Notes: generated by a model not told the origin, from the letters alone. A DNA stretch of 64,000 bases from the human T2T-CHM13v2.0 reference genome, Homo sapiens (GCF_009914755.1 NC_060931.1), one strand, 5' to 3'. Shown: positions 47,158 to 62,973, numbered from the stretch's first letter. Numbers and translations: made by a program.

Positions 47158-47649
47158 GTTCCAACTACAGAACAATTTTGAGTCCTGAGTTCACCATGTG
47201 GTTTCATGCCTGTGTATGTACAGCTGGTGAGCTGCATCCATCCTTCAAGAGCCACAGTGTCTAGATTGTCTTTCTCTAAAAAGCCTTTCCTAACCACCCT
47301 AATGCTGAGCCCATTCTCCTTGATCACTATATGTTGTACGTAGATCCTCACTGAATTCTTCATATTCCACTACAACCTAGTTACCTGTTTGCAATTCCAT
47401 CTCCTCTCTGTCCTCCAAGGCTGGGCTGAGAGCTACAAGAAAGAGACCAAGCCATACTCATGTTTATTGTGAGCACTTTACCTAGTACACAACAAGCACT
47501 CAATGAATTCTTCAATTAGTTTAAGTGTCCATTGCTAATGCCAGTATTGAGTTAGTACTTAATGATCAGCCTTGCTGCTTTGAAATAGAGATTCTCAATT
47601 AAGAATTTCTCAGCTGAAAGAAAAAAATGTTAATCAGTAATAACCTTAG

Positions 47650-48087
<438 letters not shown>

Positions 48088-48985
48088 TGACTAAGGGTAT
48101 GTGATACAATTTTGGAATTTGCAATACAATACCTGCAACAAACAGAGAAGACAATCTGACTCTGAACTGAGAACTTATGCTAATATCCTTTTTTTCCCTA
48201 TTTATGACTCCTTTACCACTCACCCCAGTTAGGAAATGATGGGAAAGTGCAGATCTAAACAAACTAATCTTTCTTCATTCTCAAGAACGTCAGTTTAGTA
48301 TTTAAATCCTAAATTGTTAGAATTCTAGTAAATACATAAAGAAAAGAATATGTACCTAACTCATTTTTAAAAGAACTCTAATACTTTTAGTATTGATAAA
48401 TGAACACACTTTACTTTTTAGTGCGAGTCATAAACTTCTCCATTTTACATTAAGAGAAATCTTATTTAGAACATTCAATATTGCTTTCAAGAAGTGATGA
48501 GATTTTATAATTTATTCTATTTTGTTTAAACATAGGGATAGAAATGCATGTACTAATTCTTTAGTCCACACCGAAGGTGCTAGGTTGGGTTTACTTACTC
48601 AAAACAAAATAATTCTGGCCCTTCAAAAGCTACACAGGAAAATTGCTTCAGGTTTCATTTGTTTACTTAGAGTTGCCTCTTGGAAATGCCTCAAAATGAT
48701 GCAGCAGTGTTCCAATTTTCCTAAACTCTTCAGATAATTGCCAGCGTCAATAAAAGCAAAAACAGCTTGCAGTGCACACCTCCGTAGGTGGAATTCTAAA
48801 CCTGAGCAGCTCAGCTGCCACACATGAATGGATGCTCTCAACACTAAGCCTCCCACAGGGGACGGCTGAAGTTGCAGTTTAAAAGTGTTTGCAGAAATAG
48901 GAATGAGTCTCTCTCTGAGCCCTAAGGATGGCATGGTGAATTATCAGTGTGTCTTGTCCACATGAAAGATATGCACAGTAACTCA

Positions 48986-49403
48986 TGTTTAATTAAGTTT
49001 AGACCAAAGCTGACATCTTATATGTTTTAAGTTCAGCCTAAAGGTTTCTCTGTATGTAGTGAACTGTGACCCAACTTAATGTGTAAACAGACTGGAACCT
49101 ACTTTTCTAACAAGTAGCCAAGGCTCAGCCAATCACAGCAGCCAAACTTCAGTCAACCACAGGGGGTCAACAGTTAGAAGCAGATTCAAACAAGGCAAAC
49201 ACTCAGCTGTAACCTATCCAGCTGTTTCCCTCACTTCCCTTTTCTCTCTCTAGTCACTTTCCTTTTTCTGTCCATAAATGTTATCGACCATGTGGCCACT
49301 CTGGAGTTCTACCAAACCTATACTGGTTCAGGGGCTGTCCAATTTGAGAATCATTCTTTGCTCAATTGAATTGTTAAATTTAATTTGTTTAAAGTTTTCA
49401 ACA
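48986..49403 (+). mobile_element. MER57-type solo LTR (ERV1)
   Basis: Starts 'tgtttaattaagtttagaccaaagctg...aagttcagcctaaaggtttctc', contains a CCAAT box (agccaatcac), ends 'aaca'. Confidence 0.8.
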
Positions 49404-49499
49404 CGCGTTCGTCTTGATTAAAGCCAGAGGGTCTGGTCGTGCATCTGGAAAGAGACTGGAGATTATAAGGATGCAGAGCCACATAATTCAGTCCACAAC

Positions 49500-49725
49500 G
49501 GGGGCTCTGGTTTTCAACTGCCTAGATTTGAGTTTTGGCTCTAAAGTTCCTAGCTCTGTGATCTCTGCCAAGTTGCTAACCACTCTAAGCCTCAGTTTCT
49601 CATGTGTAAACTAGGTAATAATACCTAATATTAGTAATAATACCTACAACTAATACCTAAGTCACGGGATTACTATAAGGCTTAAAGAAGTAACGTACAG
49701 CACAGGCCATGTTGCCTGACACAAG
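49500..49725 (+). mobile_element. MIR
   Basis: 'ctctaagcctcagtttctcatgtgtaaa...taataatacct'. Confidence 0.7.
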
Positions 49726-49990
49726 GAAAAGTGTCGAGTTCTGTCACTTTCAAGAAGAGGGAATAGGATAATTGATATCTCCCTATGAACTACCACCCAG
49801 ACTAAGTCTGAGCTGGAGGACTGGACAGGGGAGGCTTCATTACCAAGACTGTTGTTTCCACCTTCTCACGCTACTTCAAGTTTGAAGCACAAGCCCATTC
49901 TTGGATTAGTAAATTGAGAACTGTTGCTACTTTCTTAGCATTTCATGTCCCCTTCCACCCCACTTTTCTTTTTATAAAACTGAAGACAGT

Positions 49991-50283
49991 GGCTGGGAGC
50001 GGTGGCTCACGCCTGTAATCCCAGCACTTTGGGAGGCTGAGGTGGGCGGATCATGAGGTCAGGAGATCCAGAGCATCCTGGCTAACACGACGAAACCCTA
50101 TCTCTACTAAAAATACAAAAAATTAGCCAGGCGTGGTGGTGGGCGCCTGTAGTCCCAGCCACTCCGGAGGCTGAGGCAGGAGAATGGCATGAACCCAGAG
50201 GCGGAGCTGGCAGTGAGCTGAGATCGCGCCACTGCACTCCAGCCTGGGCGACAGAGCGAGACTCTGTCTCAAAAAAACAAAAC
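49991..50283 (+). mobile_element. AluY-like element
   Basis: TSD aaaactgaaga(c/g)agt. Confidence 0.93.
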
Positions 50284-50366
50284 AAAACTGAAGAGAGTGG
50301 TCTTTAAGAATACTGATTGAGAGGGTTAAGAAATACGTCACTCTTGTACAAAATACCTTAAGCGTC

Positions 50367-50701
50367 TGTATTAGTCTGTTCTCACTGTGCTAATAAAAAC
50401 ATACCCGACATTGGGTGATTTATACAGGAAAGGGGTTTAATTAATTCACAGTTCCACGTGGCTGGGGAGGCCTCATAATCATGGCAGCAGGCAAGAGAGA
50501 AAATGAGAACCAAGTGAAAGGGGAAACCCTTTATAAAAACATCAGATCTTGTGAGACTTAATCACTACCAGGAGAACAGTATGGGGGAAACCGCCCCCAT
50601 GATTCAGTTATCTCCCACGGGGTCTGTCCCACAACACGTGGGAATTATGGGAGCTATAATTCAAGATGAGATTTAGGTGGGGATACAGCCAAACCATATC
50701 A
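50367..50701 (-). mobile_element. THE1 (THE1B/C-like) solo LTR
   Basis: 'tgtattagtctgttctcac...ggtggggatacagccaaaccatatca'. Confidence 0.9.
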
Positions 50702-50769
50702 CCATCCAATTCTACCAATGTTGTACTTTTCAGAGAATCCAGGGTCAGTGTTTTGCCTGAGCAGAGTTA

Positions 50770-50950
50770 ACCCAAAGAAATCAGGATTGAGAGACAAGGA
50801 GCGTGAGACTGAGTTCTGATTGACATCATTTAAGCCCCTATTTCTAGCCAAACCTAAAAGCTAGACTTAGTCCTGTAATTTTTCAGTTACATGAGCCAAT
50901 ATATCTCTTAGGAGGTATTCTGTCACTTGCAACCAAAAATTCCCCTAAGC
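50770..50950 (+). mobile_element. MLT1-type LTR 3' fragment
   Basis: 'tttcagttacatgagccaat...tctgtcacttgcaaccaaaa'. Confidence 0.6.
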
Positions 50951-51198
50951 CACTGAATGCCAGACTATTGTAACAACAACAAAACCACCAATAACAACAA
51001 AATGTTCACTTGCTAACATCCACCAGCCTAATACACTTTTACTACTTTTCTCACTACCACTAATTTTGACAGCATTCTTTGCATATTTTTTTCTGATTTC
51101 TGCCTCTCTCTCAGTATACCCCTGCTACCTTCTCTGCTCTCTCTTCCTCCCTGTCATTTGCCCTAACCAGCCTCTCTTAGTTGAGAAAATACCAACTA

Positions 51199-51542
51199 CA
51201 GGTTGAAGATCCCATAGTCAAAATGCTTGGACCCAGAATTATTTTGAATTTCAGATTTTTTAGATTTTGAAATATTTTCATGTACACAGTAAGATATCTT
51301 AGGGATGAGACCCAAGTCTAAATATGAAATTCACTTATGTGTCATATACACCTTATACACATAGCCTGGAGGTAATTTTATATCATATTTTTAATAATTT
51401 CGTGCATGAAAGTTTTGTGTTTTGACTGTGATCCATCCCATGAGGCCAGGTATAAAATTTTCCACTTGTGGCATCATGTTGGTACTCAAAAAGTTTTGGA
51501 TTTTGGAGAACTTTGAATTTCAGATTAGGGATGCTCGACTCA
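51199..51542. mobile_element. Tigger4b/Zombi DNA transposon fossil
   Basis: TA-flanked; TIR-like ends 'caggttgaagatccc' and 'gggatgctcgactc'. Confidence 0.8.
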
Positions 51543-54065
51543 TACCTGTCTATAAAGGACCGCCCAGATACCCCAGAAAAGTGACATCCACCTGACACTG
51601 TAACCTGCAGTATCCTTCAACATCTGGCTCCCATCTGCATTTGTGGCCTCACTACCTATTACCCTATCCCTTACACTAGCCCAGCTAAGCCCAGGCAGCC
51701 TCCAGAGACAGAGATCTGAGAGTTAATCACTCATGGGTTAAAGCCACAAAACTGGTTGGTGTAGTTTCTTATGTGACCATAGATAAGTGAAACATTAGCC
51801 TCAAGGATGTAATCTCCTGAGATGAGATACTCTTCACCTAGAGATAAGTACCACCTACCAAGCTGCTAGGCAGCACTGAATATTTGAATGCTTACCATAA
51901 AACCCTCCCCAAGTAGCAGAGCCCATCTTTGGTGTTAGCAATCACCAGGAAAAATAAACTAAACTCTGAGCCCAAAGATGGTATTTCTGCTACTAAGACC
52001 ATGTGGAGGGTTCAGCTGCTGAGCTTCAATTTCCGATCTCATAAAATGGGGCCTGTTATAAAGAAGGCATGGCACAAAACATGAGCATGGTCTCTAATGC
52101 TAATATCATCAAGGAGTCTAATGTGGTTATGTGACACCTTGTTTGGGGGGATAACTTAGACTACAGCCAATTCTTCTCTTTAGACACTATTTGTTACTAT
52201 AAAGAAAAAGGAAAGAAAAATTTTAAAAATTCATTAACAGAGTAACTCTGCATTAATCACAGGACTAATCTGTAAAAACTACCTCAGATATTCAAAAAAT
52301 TAATAGACATGAATTCAGTCATTTTAACAACTGACCAGCTATTTAACAAATGATCCAGCTTGGAAGACTGGAGACAGACGAATCTCCATTTTTTAATCTA
52401 TGAGGGGCAAGTCATATATCACCTTTGATTTTGCCTTTACAAAAATGTTAACACAAATAGTGGCATATAAAATACTGAAAGAAACCCGCACTAAAATAAA
52501 GATTTCAGGATTTACTGTAGTTTCCTGGGCTTGTTCTTATTAATCTTTTTAATAATATGCATTCATGTAGCTGCAGCTGGAAACCACAGTACCATTTTAT
52601 TACTTAGAATTTCTTCATTTCTTTAAAGTGATTTCCACATTTTTGTTGAATAATGTATAGTAACATTGCGGGGGCGGGGGGGGGGGCTTTTAAAAAAAAT
52701 CCTCCAAAGGATTTTTTTAAAATCTTTAAAAATATCTCCCAAAGTGCAATTTCCATAGGTTTATGGTCCTTTCCTAGAAACATTAATATTGAAGTTAAGG
52801 CCTTCCCCAACCACCCTACCTAAAGTGGGAACCTGCCTGTAATTTTCTTAGTACAGAATTTCATCACAGTTCGTGATTATTTTCATAGTGTGTTCTCCTC
52901 ACCTGTCTGGCAGATAAGCACCCAGTCATCAAGAGTTACCTACAACTATCTGAGTTTATATATGTAGTCTCATTGAATCCTGACAATCATGTTAAGATAG
53001 CTCTTTATATGCCATTAGTCAGAGTGGTAAATTGAGATTTAAGGAACAGGAAGAAATTTCCTAACGTCACACAGCCAATAATGGCAGTCTGGACTTTAGT
53101 TCCTAAGCCCTGTGTCAGAACCACAGAATTGCCTTAATAATGCATCTAATAATTTGGCAAAATCCTCTAGTCATAGCTAAGGGATCATAATAAATAGAAA
53201 ACTTCAACACACTTGTAATGTGACAAATTGTTAGATTTAATATGCTAGTGGACTATTCATTTTAATACAGGTACTTTTTGTTAATTGATTCTTAGGAGCA
53301 TTTCAGCCCCATGGTGAATTTAATAAAAGTGCTACTTCTGTCAAAGGAAGAAGCAAGGTCAAATCTCTGACTTCAGACTGAAGAGTGGCAGGAAACCAGA
53401 GCCCAGTTTTAGTTCTACTTCCTGCTGTGGTCCTGACCAGCTTTCAGAACTCTGCACACATTGTACCACCTCCCTACTTTAGCTTTATTATCATCTACAG
53501 GGCCCCATGGCATAATCCACCTTTACTCCTCCAAAATTTCCCTAAAATAGTTTTAAAGTAGGCTTTATCTATAAAACTTTTTATGACTATAACTCTCCCT
53601 ACTAATAATAAACTACCAAATAACCAAGTCTGGTTAACATAAATATCTAAAGACTGAAATTATTTTCCTGATTTTGAAAGATTCACTACTCCAAATTTAT
53701 GTGGGATATATAGATTAATAAATACATACACACGTTTATATGTATGCATGCACAAATATATACATATACATACATGCACACCTGTTCATACAATCCACAA
53801 ATATCTAGGGTATATTTTAAAGGTTTTTGAAGGCTACAAAGTACAAAACCATAACTGAGCATCACAGTTTTAATGAATCCATCGGCTTTTGAATCATTGC
53901 TAGTTCCAGAAATAGCCTAGAAGGGAGAAAAATATCTTTTGTGGAAAAGCAGGACACTTGGTAACAACCAATAGTCCTGTCCAAAAAAGTTGAAAAGTAA
54001 GGGGATATTTCTGATACCTGTGAGCATCCCTAGCATCAAGTTGGGGTCAGGCAAATAATAGAATC

Positions 54066-54252
54066 TTAAAAAAAAAAAAATTCTAAATTAGCCAGGTGCA
54101 GTGGGGCGTACCTGGTCCCAGCTACTGGAGAGGCCACCTGGGGAGGATCATTTGAGCCAAGGAGATTGAGGCTGCAATTCAGCCATGTTTGCGCCACTGC
54201 ACTCCAGCCTGGGTGACAGAGTTTGAGACACTGTCTTAACAACAACAACAAA
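54066..54252 (+). mobile_element. Alu right monomer (AluJ/FRAM-like) with (AAC)n tail
   Basis: Monomeric Alu sequence. Confidence 0.85.
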
Positions 54253-54600
54253 AATTCTTTTCCTGCCTCCTCCAATGTCCTTTCCATACATGTAAACCAT
54301 TACCACACAAGTGCCTTATTGTAAAGCACATACGCATTTGTGATATAGTTAGTTTGCTGTGGCTGCAAAGCATATAACTATTATCTCTTCAGGAAGAAGT
54401 CTGGGTCTCTCCTGCAGGCAATTATTTCCAGTATCACTGGGAAAAGCTATGTTCTCCAGCAGAAAATCTGAATGGTGAGGGCAAACTTCAAGTAGAGAGA
54501 CTGTTCATCCTCTCATGAGGGACTGAAATAGCCCAGCATGGACTCTGAAGGAAGAATGGGTCTGGGTAGTGCAATACAGCTGTACTTCAAAAATCAAATT

Positions 54601-55110
54601 AAGCAGCTCTCCAACTTTCTAGTCTCAGGACCCCTTAATGCTATTAAAAATTATTAAAAACACATAGAGATTTTGTTTATGTGGGTTATAGCTATTGCTA
54701 GTTATCTTATTAAAAAGTAAAACTGAGAAATTTTAAATAAATGCATTAATTTTAAAATAATTATAAATCAATTAATGTGTTAACTTAAACAACATATTTA
54801 TGGGAAAAAAGCACTATATTTTCCAAACCTAAATAAGTGAGAAGAATAGCATTGTTTTGTAGTTCTGCAAACTTCTTTACTATCTGGCCTCACAGAAGAC
54901 ATCTGGAGTCTGGTATCTGCTTCTTCATCTGAGCTGTTAAAAAAATCATCTGTCATTGTAGCCTCTGGAAAGCTCCAATGTATACATATGGGATATGAGA
55001 GTGAAAAAAGAAATAATGTTTACTATTATTAAGAAAATTGTTTTGAACTCATGGACTACTTGGTAGGGTCTTGGGGATCTTGAATCCTGGACCATACCTT
55101 GAAAGACTAC
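54601..55110 (+). mobile_element. Charlie4a-like hAT fossil
   Basis: 'gtctcaggaccccttaatgctattaaaaattatt...ttttgtttatgtgggttata'. Confidence 0.75.
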
Positions 55111-55918
55111 ACTCTACTTTCTGTCTTTTTTTTTTCCCTTTCATCTCCATCCTTTCACTAAGCCATTTGGAACATTTTAGCCTTGTATCAGCTTTGCTAT
55201 AGAGGATGAAGAGTCCTCTCTCTATATATACATGTGCCAGAAAGTTAATGAAAGTACAACATCCCCCACACATTGAATCCCAATGTGGTGGTTGCCTCAG
55301 GACCCAAAGGGTCTTCCCCATACCTCTCCAAAGATAGTTAGTCTCAGATAGAAAGCTATGACCTTTCGGTCAAATCTCTTCTCCTCATCAGAAATTGCAT
55401 GCATAGGAGTGCAGGGGAATTAAATAGGCATGATGAATGCATGATTATACAGGCAGAGACCACTACTAACTGGTGTCATCAGATAAAAGATTACTTCTCT
55501 TTTTCATGATGGCTGAAAAATGATGAGGTACTAAGAAGAATGGAAAGTCAAAATATAAAAGAGAAAAAATGGAACAGTAACAACCAGAGGAAGTTGCCAT
55601 CAGAATCCACAAGCAGGACAGCAAACAGCAGGGATGTTACTAGAAACACACTAGAACCTAGAGACAAAAGAAAAAGCAGTTCCCTGGCTTGGGGGAGAGC
55701 ATGAGAGACGCTTGGAAAAAGGGACACCTGGGTTGAACCCCAGTTTCTCACAAGCTCTTCCAGGCTTCATGGTACCACACTAACTACTAACCACTGTACA
55801 TACTATAGGGTTAAAAAATAGGTTAATAATAGAGGAAACTGGTGGAGGGGGACACATGAGAACCCTCTCTACTTTCTACTCAATTTTTCTATAAAACTAA
55901 AACTGCTCCGAAAAAGTC

Positions 55919-56210
<292 letters not shown>

Positions 56211-56681
56211 AAAATAGTCTTGCATTAAAAAAAAAGAAAAAAAGAACCATCACAGTAAAGTAAAGTAAAGTACTCCAGGGTCCATAGAAACATATAGTCA
56301 ACCAAACAACAGAACTAGGTAATGTGTAAAAAGTGTCCTCCTCACTGGCTCCAGTTTCATCTATGGAAGAAGAAAATAGAGATAGAAAAAATGTATTCAC
56401 CTAAAATCAAAAAATGGGTATTTCTGTATAACACAAAAAAGACAAAACCAAGAAATTATTTCTGTGTCTATACAATATTCATTAATCTAAACTCCTTGAT
56501 ATAAAGATGCATCTATATTTAACAAGGAAAATTTGGAGTCAATCTAAATACTTTCATTCAGCAAATACTTATTGAGCCAGGTATGACAGAGCAGTGAACA
56601 GAATAAAATTCCTGCCCTCATGGAGCTTACATTCTAGTAGGAAAAGTAAAACAAACAATAAACATGTAAAAAGATATAGTA

Positions 56682-57017
56682 TAGTCAGCCCTCTGTATTC
56701 ATGGGCTGGGGATTCACACTCACAGATTCAACTGAGGATAGAAAATATTTGGGGGTGGGGAGAGAAGAATGGTTGTAATCTGTACTAAACACGTACAAAC
56801 TTCTTGTAATTATTCCCTAAACAATACAGTATAACAACTTTTTACAGAGCACTTACACTGACTTAAATATTATAGAGAAAATTTAAAGTATATGGGAGGA
56901 TATGTGTAGGCTGCATGCAAATACTACACCATTTTATATCAGGGACTTGGGCATCTGTGGATTTCAGTGTTCTAGGGGGTCCTGAAACCAATCCCCACTG
57001 ATGCTGAGGGATGACTA
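56682..57017 (-). mobile_element. MER2 (TcMar-Tigger)
   Basis: 'atgcaaatactacaccattttatatcagggacttgggcatctgtggattt...gagggatgact'. Confidence 0.8.
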
Positions 57018-57527
57018 CATATCAGATATTGATAAATGTAGTGGAGCTAAATAAAGCAAGAAAGGATGGAGATTGCATGTAGTGTAGACAGGAGTTCCCA
57101 TTTTAAATAGATGGTCAGAGAAAGCCTCACTAAGATGACATTTCAGCAAACATCTAAAACAGTGAGGGAAGGAGCTACAGGTCCATTTAGGAGAGCTTTC
57201 CAGACAGAGGAAACAAATATGAAAGCTCTAGGGCTGGAACAGGCAAGGGGGCCAGTAGGGCTGTAGAAGAATAGGAATGATGCTAAGAAGCAATTCAGAA
57301 ACATAAGAGAGGTAGATTATGCAGCCTTGAGGCCACAGAAAGGCCTTGGCTTTTTACTCTGAGCAAGATGGTGGCCACTGGAAGACTGTGAGCTGAAGGG
57401 TGACATGATCCCGATCTTGTTTTAACAAGATAACTCGATGACTATGGAAAACAGAAACCGGAGTGGGGCAGCTACACAAGTGGGAGGACCAGTTAGGAAG
57501 GTATCAAAATAATTCAGACAAGAGGGT

Positions 57528-58054
57528 TGCAGTGGGCAGAATAATGGCCCCCAAAGATGTCCACATCCTAATCTCCGGGACCTGTGAATATGTTCCCTTA
57601 CATGGCAAAAGGGATGTTGCGATGTGATTAAGTTAAATATCTTGAGATAGGAAGACTATCCCATATGGGCTGGTCAAATGTAACAGCAAGGGTCATCATA
57701 AGAGGGAGTCAGGAACCTTGGAGTCAGAGAAAGAGGCATGACAACAGAAGCAGAAACGAAGAGAGAGAGAGACAGGGACAGATAGACACTGCAGGAGGGA
57801 AAGATACTACAACATGCTACCCTGCTGGCCTTGAAGATGGAGGAAGGGACCATAAGCCAAGGAATGCAGACAGGCTCTAGAAGCTAGAAAAGACAAGGAA
57901 ATGGATCCTCCCATGGAACCTCCAGAAGAAATGCAGCCTTGATGACTCATTTTAGACTTCTGACCTCCAGAACTGTTAAGATAATAAATTTGTGTTCCTT
58001 CTAAGCCAGGACGTTTGTGATAATTTGTTATAGCAGCAATAGGAAACTAATACA
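57528..58054 (+). mobile_element. MLT1D-like solo LTR
   Basis: 'tgcagtgggcagaataatggcccccaaagatgtccacatcctaatc...agcagcaataggaaactaataca'. Confidence 0.88.
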
Positions 58055-59557
58055 GGTTGGGGTAAGTGGAGATGGGGTGAAGCAGGAAGATTTAAGATAC
58101 ATCCTATTCCTAGAGCCAACAAGATGTACAGAGAGACAGGATGTAGGGTATGGGAGAAAAGGAGAAATCAAGTCCAACATTATTTTTTTCCTGAAAACTA
58201 CAAAAATGAGTGATTTTTGGTTAGAACGGTGTTGGCAAAAATCTGATTACAGTAGGTTCAAGGGAGAATGGACAAAAAGGAATTGCAGTCAACTAGCAAG
58301 CAACCATTCTAAGGACTTTTGCTGCAATAGGGCAAAAGGAAACAATGTCACAACAGCTAAAGGGAAGGCAGGGTGGATTTGAGGAAAAACTTGATGATAT
58401 CTGAATATGTGAGTGGGACAGACTTGAGTGCACAATAACCAGCTGGACTCAAGCCTCAGAGATGGACGGTTTGCCAGAGCGAGGGGAGGAAAAGTGAGCA
58501 CATGGGTACTGGTGCCCATGAGTGGGTTGATGTGCTGATGGGAGAGTCCAGAAGCTCTTTCTGATTGCTTCAATGTTCTCAATGAAACTGAAAGCAGCTG
58601 AGAGTGAAGTAAAGCAAGAAGGTACTGAAGGTCTCAGAAGAGTGAAGAAAGTTTGAAAGAATCTAGGAGAACAGGTGAGTAAAAGCATTGAGAAATGCCA
58701 TACAATTGCCAAGCAGCAAAAAGGACCAACAGGAGGACTTGGTAAATTTAAAGTGAGGGCAGTCAGCAAGGTTGGATGTTTTTTTTCTCCAGGCTTGTGC
58801 AAGCCTATTGGTGTGGGCATGAGGTAGGCAGAGAATTTAATTTCACTGGCACCAGGGTTTTACCAAGTGAGGACCAAGGGAATTGGGGGCATCTGCAAAG
58901 GAGGAATTGCAGCAATAGTTCATGGGGTCTAAGAGGAGTAAGGAGATGTCCAAGAACTGAGGTTTCAGTAAATAAATGACATGCAGTGATTGAAAAATCT
59001 CAAAGTTGAAGAATAGCTAGGGATATGTTCACTCACAATATATTAAGAATGCAAGCAGGCTGCACACATTACTGTGTAGAGCATGTTCCCATTTTTGAGA
59101 GATCTGTATTATATGTGTTCATTAATGCAGAGAAAAATGGTTACTTCTGAGTGATGGGAAAATTTCCTCTTTTGTGTCTTTGAAGATATTCAATGAAGAG
59201 CATTTATTACATTAATAATTAAAAAAAAGGATATCTTAAATAGCACAACTATTAAAATATCTTGCAGATTATGTCATTTAAAATTGTACCTACCTAAATT
59301 ACACACTTCTGGCTATGCTAAATTCTAGCAGGCACTACCAATGCTCATTGAGATGACACAGGTTTTTATAAGCAAATACATTTGACTGGGCTGTGCTTCT
59401 CTATGGAGGGTTTTCAAAATTAAAACATTACCAAAGGATATCCACAGCAAGGGCTGTGGTTCAGCCAGTACACATCAAGATGGTGTAACGAATGTGATCT
59501 GTCCTGGTATTTTAAGCATCCTTTCTGATTTACTGCTACCTGTGTGGTTTCTGTTAA

Positions 59558-59859
<302 letters not shown>

Positions 59860-60962
59860 CTGTTAAATATTTTGAATGCCATCCCTACTCATAGCTAATG
59901 GAAAAACAGCTGATGACAGAATATAGAAGAATAATAAGGTTTTGATTCTTCGACCATGTGAAATACTGTATAGTCAAGAAGGCTATGATTTATTAATACT
60001 AGAAACACTAAAAATAGTTAAAATGCTTGATAAAAAAAATGAGAAATATAAAACTGTTGTATAACTTGTTTATAATTATGTTATGGTGGTAGGTTTATGG
60101 GTAAATCTTAAAGTCAGTAATTTAACAATCAAATGATATATATTTCCATTAAGAAAAGGAAGTATAACTTTCTGGTACATAAAGAATTAGAACTCTGTTA
60201 TTAGTGAGAAAAAATAATCCATGGAGAAAGACTAATCCCACATGGACCCAGAGTCATTGTTCATGTACCAAAAGAAAAAAGAAAAAAAAAGAAATATACT
60301 TTAAAATATCATATAATGCTATTTACACTGTTAAGAAAAGGATTAATGAAGAAACATTTGAATTGCCTGTAAATCAAATTGTTACATTTTACAAAACTGT
60401 TATAAACTCAACTCTCATAATTATAATTACTAACAAAAATGTTAAAAGTTGCTCCATTATTATTACGATCTAACCATCTTCATTCCTTAGTTAAATGTAT
60501 CAAGATTTAAAAACTGGCTTCTTAAACATTGTGACTTTTTTCCTTAAGCAAATATTTATATAATTTAATGTTTTCTTGTAACTAAAAATATATATATATA
60601 CTCTCATATTAAAGGGGCAGCTTAACTTGTTATGAAGAAAAAATGGTAGTGAATGTTTACCAGGAGTTACACTTGGTTAGTTACAACGTAAAGACAAATT
60701 GACTTAGAGACAATTTGAGACTGTTAAGAGACACCACAGAAAGAGCAATGATGCCCTGCAAAAGTCAATATTCAACTCACCAACAGGAAGAGGAGCTAAA
60801 TAACAAAATTTTAGATTACAGGGTTACCAAAATGCTTCTAACATTTTAAATCATTTCAGGGGCATCCAGAAAAAAAAAAATGCACAAGCTGGTTTTCAAA
60901 GCAATGAAAAGTAGGACAATAAAGAGAGTTGGAAAGTTCAAAAGCAGAAATGCAGAAAACTA

Positions 60963-61249
60963 GGCCGGGTGTGGTAGCTCACGCCTGTAATCCCAGCACT
61001 TTAAGAAGCTGAGGCTGGCAGATCACTTGAGGCCAGGAGTTCAAGACCAGCCTGGGCAATATGGTGAAACCCTGTCTCTACTAAAAATAGAAAACTTAGC
61101 TGGGCGTGGAGGTACATGCCTATAATCCCAGCTACCTGGGAGGCTGAGGCAGGAGAATTGCTTAAATCAGGAGGCAGATGTTGCAGTGAGCTAAGATCAT
61201 GCCACTGCACTCCAGCCTGGGCAACAGAGCAAGACTCCAAAGAAAAAGA
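60963..61249 (+). mobile_element. AluS/J-type element
   Basis: Dimeric Alu with a short tail. Confidence 0.92.
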
Positions 61250-61526
61250 ATGTTCTAAACTGAAATAAGTTGATTAGAGAAAATAACTAGCCAAATTATT
61301 TCAGGGCTATAGAAAAATATTGTTCACTGTCAACTACCAGTACTTAAACTATAAAGTATATTCATAAATTCATAACATAATTTGTGTTATGAGCAGTCAT
61401 CATACATTCTGACAGTGTCATAAGCCAAAATTATTTGACATCAACCCTCATTTTATTGTAGAAGCACTGATATGTTTTCCATGCTTTTGTTCCATGTCCA
61501 AATTTTTATAGATCTTCTTTGCCTAA

Positions 61527-61528
<2 letters not shown>

Positions 61529-61557
<29 letters not shown>

Positions 61558-61823
61558 GAGACAGAGTCTTGCCGGAGGGCAGTGGTGTAATCTTGGCTCA
61601 CAGCAATCTCCGCCTCCCAGGTTCAAGTGATTCTCCTGCCTCAGCCTCCCGACTAGCTGGGATTACAAGCATGTGCTGCCACGCCCAGCTAATCTTTGTA
61701 TTTTTAGTAGAAACAGGGTTTCACCATGTTGGCCAGGATGGTCTAGATCTCTTGATCTCGTGATCCACCCACCTCGGCCTCCCAAAGTGCTGGGATTACA
61801 GGTGTGAGCCACCACGCCTGGCC
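61529..61823 (-). mobile_element. AluSc-like element with a small internal deletion
   Basis: TSD tgcctaacc; long poly(T). Confidence 0.92.
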
Positions 61824-62973
61824 TGCCTAACCATATTTGAATACTTGTTCAGTCTAGAAAACATGTACATAAAATGATTAAATAAGGAACATTAGCAAAT
61901 GTTATGAGATCAAGCTGGCAAATGGTTTGAAGGTCACACAGCCCCATCTGCTTCCTGAGATGATCTGCTGCAGATTCAGTTCACAGCAGACCACTCTGCT
62001 GTGGTGCCCATCCCTCTCGAAATCCCACTGTCTTGCCCACGCCTCACCACCCCACCTGATCACTTCCACCCCAGCTACTTTGCCCAAGCATCCTGCCTCT
62101 CACTTATATCAATGAATTTTATGCAAAAGCACCCATTTATACTCAGCCATTACAGTTTTACAGTGATATTGTGGAAAACATGACCACACTACCCAATATC
62201 TCCAATTTGAAGAGGCAGAGATGAAAAACTTTATAGAGCCCAGTATCAGGAAAAGTTTCTCTTCCCTGAGGAAGTAATTGCTACAGCTTTTTTCTACCTT
62301 ATAAACAACAACACATCATGTGTAACTCAAGCTGCTCCTATTTTATTTTCCGTTTTAATTGATTCAGGAAACTTAGGACTCTAATCATTTGCTCCAACCC
62401 AAGAGCTCAGCTTCTGGTTTATGTACTGGGACTCAAGTAAGATTTCATTGGAAGAAAAGGTCTTATTATTAAAAGGTTTGTAAACTACTGTTCTATTCCC
62501 TAATTTTTATAGACTTACATTTTCCCATTTTGCTGTTTTTATTCCTGTAAACCACTTCAATTCCTATGTGAAACCATTAGAGGTGTACGTGAATAATTAT
62601 ATCAACTGTAATAGCAATCAGTCGATTGCATACAGTTCTTAATGTCTTAATAATTCATGTTTTATTTTAATCCAACAATTCAAGAAAGCTCCTTTAGTGC
62701 TATTTCCACAGGCTTCTTTAAGAAAGTTTCCAGGCTGAGTCACTTTGAGGCACTTGCTGACTTTTGAAAAAGCTGTCCTGAGAAGAGCCACTGCCTCTTT
62801 TTCTCATCAAGTAGATGGGCAAAAGAAAAAGACTAGACAAATTTACTGGCCGTCTTGCTTACTGAGCAGAAAGCCTTTCCAACCCTGACACCTAATCAGC
62901 ATCAGCGATTTCACCGCAAACCCGATGTGATGTTACACAAATACACCAGCTTTATGAGTGACCGTCCTTTGGA

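Larger units (their letters stand above)
56550..59000 (-). mobile_element. L2 remnant, interrupted by MER2 and MLT1D
   Basis: 'ttcattcagcaaatacttattgagc...ccctcatggagcttacattctagt' followed by purine-rich L2 body. Confidence 0.7.

Noticed and set aside
52669-52687. Poly-G run, and a G-rich tract at 23841-23873
   Set aside because: Simple low-complexity runs on the template strand with no contextual support for function.
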